Positions 1 to 8,216 of a stretch of DNA of 64,000 bases are shown one piece after another; within the stretch, counting starts at the first letter, position 1; the number at the start of each line of letters is the position of its first letter. This DNA is from an uncultured cyanobacterium. GTDB lineage: Bacteria > Cyanobacteriota > Cyanobacteriia > Cyanobacteriales > CAWUOF01. The notes beneath the pieces are model-generated. The model ran no database searches and was not told where the DNA came from. It was given only the letters and a program-made list of their open reading frames with translations. Location of the stretch: assembly GCA_963744145.1 (NCBI GenBank), contig CAVUSO010000001.1, positions 4,704,001 through 4,768,000 of the forward strand. Reading direction: 5' to 3'. Both the position numbers and the translations under genes were made by a program.

Positions 1-1737
1 TGGTGGCGACAAATTGATGACTCCAACTTGATAAAAAAGCTATCATCCAAATTAATAAAAACCGAGTTACGGGCTATTCGTAATGATTTAAACACTAGCG
101 ATGACAGTTTAGAAATAAAACTCGCTAATTTATTCAATCAATTGGCAGAACTGGGCGAAAACCCGTTTCTCTTGATTCTTGATGATTTTGAATGGAATCT
201 CGAACCCCGTCAAGGTCGATTTATTCTCAAGCCTGAAGTTGCGACAGTTTTGTCAGCATTAGTCTGGGCAATCCAAGAGACGGGAACTGGGCATCGGATT
301 TTGATTACCTGTCGCTATGAGTTTAATTCTGAGTTATTGGAATTTTTCTTCTCACAAGGTCTAGAATCTTTTAAAAAAGCTGAATTAACTAAAAAGCTGA
401 ATCGCCTAGAACATTTTAGTTCTGGTAAGCTCTCTGAATATCTACGCGATCGGGCGCTAAGTTTAGCCGATGGCAATCCTCGTTTACTGGAATATCTCAA
501 TGATGAAGTTTTAGGTAAACCAGATGCAGCAGCTAAATTAATCGAGCTAGAACAAAGTCCTGAACTGTGGAAAGACAAAATTATTTGGGAGGAACTGTAT
601 AAGGTTATTGATGAGCCATTACAACGGGTTATTAGCCATTGCCTAATCTACCAAATTCCTGTACCGATGATAGCTTTAGAAGGAGTTTGTGGCTCTCCCG
701 TAATAGCGTTGGAAAATCCCGTTTTTCGGCAGGGGAGAGCACGGAGCAGGGTAGAAGCTTATCACATAAGCTTATGGAACTTAAATAATTTTTACTTATC
801 ACCGCAAGTACGGGACAACCGAGTTTGTGACGCTCTTCCTAATTACCAACAACAGTTACAACGGGGTCAAAAACTGGGGCTTATTGAAATTAGTCCTGAA
901 ATTCAAGAAGAAAATCAAGTCTATTATGTCTCTCGAATTTTACCTCATATAATTCCCAATATTCGACTTTCTGAAGCACCAGAAGTTTATTCGTTGTACA
1001 AGAATGCTCATGAAATATTACATGAGTTATGGGGAAAAATTTACAATGAAAGTAAAGAAAAGTGGCAGGAGATTTTTCGGTTATTGTTTGCGGATAAAGA
1101 AAATCCAGAGCGATTCAGACAGGGATTCTTTAAAATGTTGGCAGTTCAATGCCATTTAGAAGCAGATGAAGCCTTAGAATCAGAAATGAGGAAACTAAAA
1201 GATGAGTTGTCAACGGAGAATTTTTGCGGTCAACTAGAGAACTATTTAAGTCAAAAAGAATGGAGAAAAGCTGATGAGGAAACTGCTTGGATCTTTTATC
1301 AAATGATGGTGCAGAAAGGCTACAAAAATTGGGATGAGTTATGTAAAAACTTTCCCAATGAAATCCTCAACCAGATTGACCAGCTTTGGGTTGATAACAG
1401 TAAAGGACGCTTTGGATTCAGTATTCAAAAACAAATTTGGGAAAGTGTTAATTCAGAAACACGTAAATCGGAAAAATTTGGAAACCTAATAGGTTGGAAT
1501 AAAATAGTAACAGAAAAATGCAATTGGATGTACTACAACACTTTGCTATTCTCGACTGAAGCTGCCACTGGAAGCCTTCCAGCCCTTTGTTATATGAAGG
1601 GAGAATTCATCAAGACAAATGGTGGAGTTTGGGTTGGTGGTTGGATGTTTTATTGTGTAGTTGGGTTTGGGTGGTTATGTGAGTGTGGGTGGGTTGGATT
1701 TCTTCTCTCACGCAAAGATATAAGTTATAAAATATAG
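1..1737 (+). CDS. NTPase-GUN4 domain protein, 5' part outside the window (paralog of 3563..6427, so probably also CHAT-fused)
   Basis: Frame is open from the window start. Walker B LILDDFE, GUN4-like motifs WRKADEET, IDQLWVDNSKGRFGFSIQKQIW and GSLP. Aligns with the 3' part of 3563..6427 and carries a 46-codon in-frame MITE insertion. Confidence 0.85.
   Translation, partial: WWRQIDDSNLIKKLSSKLIKTELRAIRNDLNTSDDSLEIKLANLFNQLAELGENPFLLILDDFEWNLEPRQGRFILKPEVATVLSALVWAIQETGTGHRILITCRYEFNSELLEFFFSQGLESFKKAELTKKLNRLEHFSSGKLSEYLRDRALSLADGNPRLLEYLNDEVLGKPDAAAKLIELEQSPELWKDKIIWEELYKVIDEPLQRVISHCLIYQIPVPMIALEGVCGSPVIALENPVFRQGRARSRVEAYHISLWNLNNFYLSPQVRDNRVCDALPNYQQQLQRGQKLGLIEISPEIQEENQVYYVSRILPHIIPNIRLSEAPEVYSLYKNAHEILHELWGKIYNESKEKWQEIFRLLFADKENPERFRQGFFKMLAVQCHLEADEALESEMRKLKDELSTENFCGQLENYLSQKEWRKADEETAWIFYQMMVQKGYKNWDELCKNFPNEILNQIDQLWVDNSKGRFGFSIQKQIWESVNSETRKSEKFGNLIGWNKIVTEKCNWMYYNTLLFSTEAATGSLPALCYMKGEFIKTNGGVWVGGWMFYCVVGFGWLCECGWVGFLLSRKDISYKI
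691..820. mobile_element. 130-bp MITE with ISL3-like ends, inserted in frame
   Basis: Imperfect TIRs GGCTCTCCCGTA / TACGGGACAACC. 8-bp direct repeat GAGTTTGT at 683-690 and 821-828. Absent from the paralog, which reads VVCAALPNY. Confidence 0.85.
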
Positions 1738-1790
1738 GCTTTTCAGGTATTTTGTCAAGCTAATTTTTTAGTTATTTTTTTACGAAAACA
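1701..1790 (+). other. Conserved GUN4-gene 3' element, copy 1 (TCTTCTCTCRCGCAAAG, stops in three frames, conserved downstream tract)
   Basis: Matches 6408-6494 (TCTTCTCTCRCGCAAAG ... TTTCAGG ... TTTGTCAAGC ... TTTTTACGAAAACA) although the upstream G/T tracts are unrelated. Confidence 0.8.
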
Positions 1791-1821
1791 TAAATAAGTA
1801 GGCGACTGAACAGCCACCTGG

Positions 1822-1896
1822 CATAGCAATTAGCCATCACAAATTTTTCAGCCACCTGGAGAATTTCTGAATTAGTCGATTTCCGTTCGTCCCAAG
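1822..1896 (-). pseudogene. Remnant of the 3' end of a RAYT/Y1-type tyrosine transposase gene
   Basis: High nucleotide similarity to 6659-6733 (CATAGCAATTAGCCATCACAAA..TTTTCAGC.ACCTGG.GAATTTCTGAATTAGTCG). Confidence 0.75.
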
Positions 1897-2079
1897 ATAT
1901 TAGTAACAAGTTAAGGTGATGGGTAAATTAGTTGCGATCGCACAATAGTATTAAATTTAATTCCTAACTGACAAATAGAAAGCGCGATCGCATTTTGTGG
2001 GAGAGCTGAGGTGCGATCGCGACTCAAAAAAATATTAATCAGGTATTTATTCTGTTAAAATTTTGAGATTGTTTTGAAT

Positions 2080-2502
2080 TTATAACTGAGTAGGAATAAT
2101 TAAATCTATAATCTGATTTTTATTCTGACGATAAACTAGAAAATCACGATCTAATGTTAATACACAACTGCCAGCAATTAACTCGGTCATTCTCACTAAA
2201 CAAGCATCGGCTAAAGACATTGGTACATTCTGATAACGTTGCAGCAGTTGTCTAATCGTTTCGCTGTCATCATTCAGTTGAAAAGGAATTTGAATAATTT
2301 TTCTACTGATTAAATTTATCACTGCGTCCTGACCTTTATAGACATCTTGCAACAGAAAACAAGTTTCTGTTATTACCCCTTCGCAAGTCAATAAATGTGG
2401 TTCAATTATTTTCCATTGTTCAATTGCCCAGGAATGTAGATTTTCTTTTTTATTAATAAATGCAACTAATACTCCTGTATCTAGTAACACTTTTTTTCTC
2501 AT
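2080..2502 (-). CDS. vapC: VapC/PIN-domain toxin
   Basis: N-terminal VLLDTGVLVA plus MSLADACLV and LTLDRDF PIN motifs. Overlaps the upstream small gene by 4 nt. Confidence 0.9.
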   Translation of the reverse strand: MRKKVLLDTGVLVAFINKKENLHSWAIEQWKIIEPHLLTCEGVITETCFLLQDVYKGQDAVINLISRKIIQIPFQLNDDSETIRQLLQRYQNVPMSLADACLVRMTELIAGSCVLTLDRDFLVYRQNKNQIIDLIIPTQL

Positions 2503-2753
2503 TTTTTACCCATTCCTTTTAGATATTCTTTATTCGTCCCTAAATCACCAGGGCCAAAATCAACAGATCCAGCAAATTCTTGGGCTGCTTCATAAGCAGA
2601 GATGGGTTGTTTTTCCTTAACTTGCTGTTTCTCCTGCTTTTGGGTTTTATATCGCAAAAACTCAATAAATTCCAAAACAGTATCCTGCTGTTCTATTGTT
2701 AGCATTTCAAGATAATCTAAAATTACATCTTTTTTATTGATCCCCATACTCAT
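2499..2753 (-). CDS. Putative antitoxin (DUF2281-like) of the VapBC pair
   Basis: 84 aa with VLEFIEFLRYK and C-terminal GPGDLGTNKEYLKG, directly upstream of the PIN gene. Confidence 0.75.
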   Translation of the reverse strand: MSMGINKKDVILDYLEMLTIEQQDTVLEFIEFLRYKTQKQEKQQVKEKQPISAYEAAQEFAGSVDFGPGDLGTNKEYLKGMGKK

Positions 2754-2770
2754 AGTTATATTCTCCTAAA

Positions 2771-3094
2771 TTAAATTAAATCGGGATCGATTCCTTGCGA
2801 TCGCAAATAAGCAGCCAATCGTTCTTTCTGTTGTTGTTCTCGATCAGCTCGTACCGTTTCAGCATCAGTCCGTTCGGTCGGATCAGTTTCACGCCAGTAT
2901 ATCCCACTATCTTGTCCGATCGCATATTGACCATCTGGATGAAGATTTTGGAGTGTAGTTGACCGGGAGTCAGTCAGCAAGATACATTGGGCATGTTCTT
3001 GAAAATTTTTCACGAAGGTGCCGTCAGATTCAGGTAATTGAGTATGATTGGGAAAAGGAGGGGGTAAGATGGTGGGGTCAAGACTTTGGACCAT
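2771..3094 (-). pseudogene. Uma2-family endonuclease with a large internal deletion
   Basis: The N-terminus (PNHTQLPESDGTFVKNFQEH...GQDSGIYWR) joins directly to the C-terminal coiled tail (ERLAAYLRSQGIDPD). The nuclease core present in 7356..8123 is missing. Confidence 0.8.
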
Positions 3095-3232
3095 AGTTCT
3101 GAGCGATCCACAACAGGAATGACGAGATGCTTGATTTAAGTATAGCAATTTGAGATTGAGCAGTTTGTTCAGGTTTAATACTTACTACTAAAAAATTAAT
3201 CCAAACAGCGAATATATAGAGGAGATCCACCA

Positions 3233-3553
3233 GTGAAAATTGAAATTGATGGTCAAGATGCGGTTAGCGCTGCTGAGGAATTGCTGAGAATTGAAGGGCT
3301 TGAAGGTAGTTGTAAAATAGTTGATAAAGTGGAGCGAGAAGGAATATTATTAGCTACGATCGCTACAATCGTAGGGATTACCAGTGGTGCTGTGACCATT
3401 GCTAAAGAAATATATGAGTGGTATCAGAAATACCAGAAATCTCAAGGGGCAAAGGCAAAAATTGAGAAAGTGCTAATTATTGGGTCTAATAATCGTCGTT
3501 TGTTGCTCAAGGATGCGACGGTAGAGCAGATTCAGAAGATTCTAGAAGATTAG
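3233..3553 (+). CDS. Small protein with one Gly/Ala-rich hydrophobic helix upstream of a CHAT protease (EACC1-like partner)
   Basis: SD AGGAG before a GTG start. Segment ILLATIATIVGITSGAVTIA preceded by VEREG. Lies 9 nt before the CHAT gene. The EACC1 resemblance is inferred. Confidence 0.6.
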   Translation: MKIEIDGQDAVSAAEELLRIEGLEGSCKIVDKVEREGILLATIATIVGITSGAVTIAKEIYEWYQKYQKSQGAKAKIEKVLIIGSNNRRLLLKDATVEQIQKILED

Positions 3554-3562
3554 GCAGGAACC

Positions 3563-6427
3563 ATGAAAATCCTCCATATTAGTTTAACTGAACAGGGTAA
3601 GGATTATGCTAGTTTGCGTTACTTTTGGAATCATCCTGCTGATTACAAAGAACACAGATTGTCTCTGGCTGAAATTAAAGATTTAGGCAATCAAGCAGAG
3701 ACTGATTACTATACTCGTATTCCTGTGGATTATGCGATTACTGGACAAGCACTCTACAACTGGTTAGATCAGAGCGATCGCGTGTTAGCCAATGCCTTAA
3801 ATCAGCCCCGTCAGGAAGGATTAGTAATTGCGATCGCGACGGATAAAGGAATGGCAAAGTTGCCTTGGGAATTATTGCATGATGGGAAGTGTTTCTTAGT
3901 AGAGAAAAGACCTGCTATTATTCCGGTGCGGTGGGTGCCTAATGGTCAACCGACGATCACGATCGCTAATTCTCCGCAAAATCGACATCTTAATCTGTTA
4001 TTTATGGCCACTTCTCCTTTAGGAGTTGAACCTGAATTAGATTATGAAGCAGAGGAAGGGAAAATTTTAAAGGCGACCCAGCGTACTCCAGTGAATTTGA
4101 GAGTAGAAGAAAGTGGCTCTTTAAGTGAATTGAGTTATCTGGTGCGGAAACAGGAAAAAGACCCAAACCATCCTGATGTTAGCTATTTTGATGTTTTTCA
4201 TTTAACAGGTCATGCAACTTATCAGGAGGGAAAACCCTGCTTTTTGACTGAAGACGAATATGGCAACCGAGTTGATAGTATTACCACAGAAATACGCGAT
4301 GCGCTGACATCTCCCTTACCGCCTTTAATTTTCCTCTCTGGTTGTCGAACTGGTTATTATTCTGAGGAAACAGTTCCCTCAATGGCAGAAGAATTATTAA
4401 AGATGGGAGGAACAGCAATTTTAGGATGGGGGGAAAGAGTCCGTGATACTGATGCAACAGCAGCTGCGTGTAAATTATATTGGCATTTGTCTCAGGGGGA
4501 AGCGGTTACAGATGCTCTATTTTCTACCTATCAAGCCTTGATTCGACAACAAGCACACGATTGGCATAAATTACGGTTATATGTGGCAAATACCTTACCC
4601 CAGATGTTAGTAACTCCTGTAAACACAAGAGGACGAACACAATTGCCTAAACCGAAATTTAGGGATAGTGATCAGCAGTTAAAAGTGGCAAGGGGTGAAG
4701 ATTTTGTTGGTCGTCGCCGTCAGCTCCAGAACTGTTTGCGAATACTAAAGATAGATAATGACAAAGTAGGAGTATTAATTCATGGCATGGGGGGATTGGG
4801 AAAAAGTAGCATTGCCATTCGACTGTCGGATCGGCTATATGAACATGAAAAAGTTCTGTGGCGACAACAAATTGATGCCTCAAGCTTGATAAAAGAGCTA
4901 TCTGATAAATTAATTAAACCAACGTTACGCGATATTCGTGATGATTTAAACAGCAATGACAGATTATATTTTAAGATAGCTAATCTATTCAATCAATTAG
5001 CAGAACTGGGTGAGAAACCGTTTCTCTTGATTCTTGATGAATTTGAATTGAATCTAGAACCCCGTCAAGATCGATACATTCTCAAACCTGAAGTTGCTAC
5101 AGTTTTAGAAGCATTAGTTAGGGCAATCCAAGATACGGGAACTCAAAATCGAATTATTATTACCTGTCGCTATAAGTTTGATTTTAATTTATTGAATTCT
5201 TTTTTCTCTCAAGGTCTAGAAGCTTTTCAAAAAGCTGAATTAACTAAAAAACTGAACCGCTTAGAACATTTTAGTTCTGATCAGCTCTCTCAAGAGCTAC
5301 GCGATCAATCGCTAAGTTTAGCCGATGGCAATCCTCGTTTACTGGAATATCTCAATGATGAAGTTTTAGGTAAACCAGATGCAGCAGCTAAATTAACGGA
5401 ACTAGAACAAAGTCCTGAACAGTGGAAAAACAAAATTATTTGGCCAGACTTGTATAAGCTTATTGATGAGCCTTTACAACAGGTTCTTAGTCATTGCTTA
5501 ATCTATGAAATTCCTGTACCAATGGAAGCTTTAGAAGTAGTTTGTGCTGCTCTTCCTAATTACCAACAGCAATTACATCGAGGGCGTGAACTGGGATTCA
5601 TTGAAATCAGTCCTGACGTTCAAGCAGAAAATCAAGTCTTTCGTTTCTCTCGAATTTTACCTCATATTATTCCTAATATCCGACTTCCTGAAGCACCTGA
5701 AGTTTATTCTTTGTACAAGAAAGCTTATGAAAAGTTACATCAGTTGTGGGGAAACAAACAAAATGAAAGTCCGGAAAAGTGGCAGGAAATTTTTCGGTTA
5801 TTGTTTGCCGATCAAGAAAATCCAGAACGATTCAGACAGGGATTCTATGAGATGTTGGCAGTTCAATATAATTCAGAAGCAGATCAAGCCTTAGAATCAG
5901 ACCTGAGACAACTGAAAAATGAATTATCAACAGATAATCTTTGCCGTCAATTAGAGGATTATTTAAGGCAACAAGAATGGAGAAAAGCTGACGAGGAAAC
6001 TGCCTGGATTTTTTATCAAGTGATGGTGCAGCAAGACTATGAAGATTGGTCCGAGCTATGCAGAAACTTTCCCTGCGAAACCCTCAAGCAGATAGATCAG
6101 CTTTGGGTTGATAACAGTCAAGGACGTTTTGGATTCAGCATTCAAAAGCAAATCTGGGAAAGTGTGGGCGGACATCCTGATGCAAAATATGAAATATATG
6201 AAAAATTTTGTGATAAAGTAGAATGGAGAAAAGAGGGCGAATGGTTGCTTTATAGTAACCTTACTTTTAATAATAACACTACTCCAGAGGGCTACCTCCC
6301 AGTCCTACCGCTCGCTCGCTTTCGCGAGTTTGGGGGTTGGTTGGGATTTATGGGGATGGGATACAAGGGGGATTGGAGATTTGTGAGGGTTGTTGTTGGG
6401 GTGGGTCTCTTCTCTCGCGCAAAGTAA
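3563..6427 (+). CDS. CHAT protease - STAND/AAA NTPase - GUN4 domain protein
   Basis: CHAT LPWELLHD with His in HLTGHA and Cys in LSGCRT. Walker A GMGGLGKS, Walker B LILDEFE. C-terminal GUN4-like motifs (WRKADEET, GRFGFSIQKQIW, GYLP). Confidence 0.9.
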   Translation: MKILHISLTEQGKDYASLRYFWNHPADYKEHRLSLAEIKDLGNQAETDYYTRIPVDYAITGQALYNWLDQSDRVLANALNQPRQEGLVIAIATDKGMAKLPWELLHDGKCFLVEKRPAIIPVRWVPNGQPTITIANSPQNRHLNLLFMATSPLGVEPELDYEAEEGKILKATQRTPVNLRVEESGSLSELSYLVRKQEKDPNHPDVSYFDVFHLTGHATYQEGKPCFLTEDEYGNRVDSITTEIRDALTSPLPPLIFLSGCRTGYYSEETVPSMAEELLKMGGTAILGWGERVRDTDATAAACKLYWHLSQGEAVTDALFSTYQALIRQQAHDWHKLRLYVANTLPQMLVTPVNTRGRTQLPKPKFRDSDQQLKVARGEDFVGRRRQLQNCLRILKIDNDKVGVLIHGMGGLGKSSIAIRLSDRLYEHEKVLWRQQIDASSLIKELSDKLIKPTLRDIRDDLNSNDRLYFKIANLFNQLAELGEKPFLLILDEFELNLEPRQDRYILKPEVATVLEALVRAIQDTGTQNRIIITCRYKFDFNLLNSFFSQGLEAFQKAELTKKLNRLEHFSSDQLSQELRDQSLSLADGNPRLLEYLNDEVLGKPDAAAKLTELEQSPEQWKNKIIWPDLYKLIDEPLQQVLSHCLIYEIPVPMEALEVVCAALPNYQQQLHRGRELGFIEISPDVQAENQVFRFSRILPHIIPNIRLPEAPEVYSLYKKAYEKLHQLWGNKQNESPEKWQEIFRLLFADQENPERFRQGFYEMLAVQYNSEADQALESDLRQLKNELSTDNLCRQLEDYLRQQEWRKADEETAWIFYQVMVQQDYEDWSELCRNFPCETLKQIDQLWVDNSQGRFGFSIQKQIWESVGGHPDAKYEIYEKFCDKVEWRKEGEWLLYSNLTFNNNTTPEGYLPVLPLARFREFGGWLGFMGMGYKGDWRFVRVVVGVGLFSRAK

Positions 6428-6494
6428 TCTGTAAGATATAACAATTTCAGGCCATTTGTCAAGCTTAATTTTGGTACTAATTTTTACGAAAACA
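6408..6494 (+). other. Conserved GUN4-gene 3' element, copy 2
   Basis: Homologous to 1701-1790. Stop codons occur in all three frames within 6425-6441. Confidence 0.8.
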
Positions 6495-6620
6495 TCGGCT
6501 TTCCGCCAATTCGATACCTGGCACTGTTCCGTCTGTCCGTTTTGGCTGTCTGTCTGTTGTTGGAATATATATTTTAGACAGAATAAAGACAGAATGGCCA
6601 GGTGACCAGAACAACACAAA

Positions 6621-6953
6621 CTAAGAATCATTGAAAAACTGTGCAGCGACCTTGGGGTCATAGCAATTAGCCATCACAAACTTTTCAGCTACCTGGCGAA
6701 TTTCTGAATTAGTCGGTTCCCATTCATCCCAAGGCAATTTCATCTGTCCAGGAATACGTCTTTTCGTTTCCTTTGCACTCAAAACCTTGGGCAGTAATTT
6801 ACTTCCCCAGTGACAACGGTTTTCCGGTTTGGGTTGAGGTTTATATTTCTTACAGAACTTGCGATATTTCTCGGCACATTCATCCAAACTTTTCCCCAGA
6901 GCCAAAAAAGCAGGATGCCACTGAGTTAGTCCATCATCGCTCAATCGGTCATA
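6621..6953 (-). pseudogene. C-terminal part of a cyanobacterial RAYT/IS200-like (Y1) tyrosine transposase, 5' truncated by a MITE
   Basis: YDRLSDDGLTQWHPAFLALG...CAEKYRKFCKKYKP...VAEKFVMANCYDP resembles, from recollection, the C-terminus of cyanobacterial Y1_Tnp proteins. The frame runs into the MITE end at 6954. The HUH core is absent. Confidence 0.65.
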
Positions 6954-7307
6954 TACAGCAGATTCGGTCGTTGATGAAGTACAGTAAGATTTGGCATGAA
7001 TGGCGATCGGTTAAAGTCGCTTGTGAGTGATCTGTGTTGGTTGGGCAGGTTTATGATAGTTATCTGTTTGCAGCAGAATTGATTGGTGAACCTGCCCCTA
7101 CAAATCCCGGTTGATTGTGATCATAAATTCATTCACCTGCCCCTACAAATCCTGTTAATCTTGTAATCCTCTAATCCTGATCGATTTTTTGGTGAATCTC
7201 TGTAGGGATGGGTCTACTGAAATTTTTGCTATTTACCCACTAATCATCACGCACCCACCCCCACCCACAGATCAATCTGCTCAATGTATCTTCATAGTCA
7301 ATTGGTA
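6954..7307. mobile_element. Chimeric MITE carrying REP-like repeats
   Basis: Left end TACAGCAGATTC...TGATGAAGTACA resembles the ends of 16246-16572. Right end TGTATCTTCAT..AATTGGTA resembles the end of 44635-44931. Internal GGTGAACCTGCCCCTAC repeats. Confidence 0.75.
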
Positions 7308-7355
7308 TAAGTAAAATAAAAATAGACACTCCCATCAGGACAAGTGTGAACAACC

Positions 7356-8123
7356 ATGACTTCTGTGATCAAAACGACATCAAGGTTAAGACCAGATTTA
7401 CCCGACCATACTGAATTACCTGACTCCGACGATAACTTCGTGAAAAATTTTCAGGAACATCCTCAAAGTATTCTCCTCACCGATTCGATTCAACCAGTAT
7501 TAGACCGTTTACATCCAGATGGACAATATTGTATCGGACAGGACAGTGGTATTTATTGGCGATTAACTGAACCACCTCTAGATGGAGCTGAAGCACCGGA
7601 TTGGTTTTATGTCCCCGATGTCCCCCGGACACTGAATGGACAACTACGACGATCTTATGTGATCTGGCAAGAATTAACTCCCCCAGCGATCGCGATCGAA
7701 TTTGTCTCCGGAAATGGGAAAGAAGAAAGAGATCCTACTCCCTTAAAGGGAAAATTTTGGGTCTATGAACAAGGAATTAAAATCCCCTATTATGCGATCT
7801 ATGAAGTCCAGAAAGCGAGGGTGGAAGTCTATCAACTCCAAGACGATCGCTATGTCAAATTAAGTCCAAATTTCCAGGGACGTTATCCGATTCACTTGAT
7901 GGGAGTAGAATTAGGAATCTGGTCCGGAAGATATCAAACCATGCAACTACCCTGGTTAAGATGGTGGGATGAGCAAGGAAACTTGTTATTAACGGGAAGT
8001 GAAAGAGCCGAAATCGAGCAACGGGAAAAACAACTAGCCCAACAACAACTTGAACAGGAACGACAACGAGTTGAACGTTTAGCGGCTCAATTACGCAGTT
8101 TAGGGATTGAACCGGAATTATAG
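7356..8123 (+). CDS. Uma2-family (PD-(D/E)XK) endonuclease
   Basis: EAPDWFYVP, AIEFVSGNG, KFWVYEQ and LRWWD motifs with a coiled-coil tail. Confidence 0.9.
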   Translation: MTSVIKTTSRLRPDLPDHTELPDSDDNFVKNFQEHPQSILLTDSIQPVLDRLHPDGQYCIGQDSGIYWRLTEPPLDGAEAPDWFYVPDVPRTLNGQLRRSYVIWQELTPPAIAIEFVSGNGKEERDPTPLKGKFWVYEQGIKIPYYAIYEVQKARVEVYQLQDDRYVKLSPNFQGRYPIHLMGVELGIWSGRYQTMQLPWLRWWDEQGNLLLTGSERAEIEQREKQLAQQQLEQERQRVERLAAQLRSLGIEPEL

Positions 8124-8178
8124 TTGACTCGGTGGAGCCGATCGGATCTTATCTAATCAGCAATGATCATAAAACCTG

Positions 8179-8206
8179 GTAGGGGCATATTGCAATATGC
8201 CCCTAC
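8179..8206. repeat. GTAG-type REP palindrome between convergent genes (possible bidirectional terminator)
   Basis: Perfect palindrome GTAGGGGCATATTGCAATATGCCCCTAC. Confidence 0.7.
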
Positions 8207-8216
8207 TGTCAAAAAA

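Noticed and set aside
3563..6427. Calling these genes the chlorophyll-synthesis gun4
   Set aside because: The GUN4-like domain is a C-terminal module on a CHAT-NTPase protein, not the stand-alone Mg-chelatase cofactor.
1582..6441. Classical diversity-generating retroelement acting on the GUN4 tails
   Set aside because: No reverse transcriptase or template repeat in the window. The two tails differ in length and do not align, unlike the A-specific substitutions of a TR/VR pair. A remote DGR cannot be excluded from this window alone.
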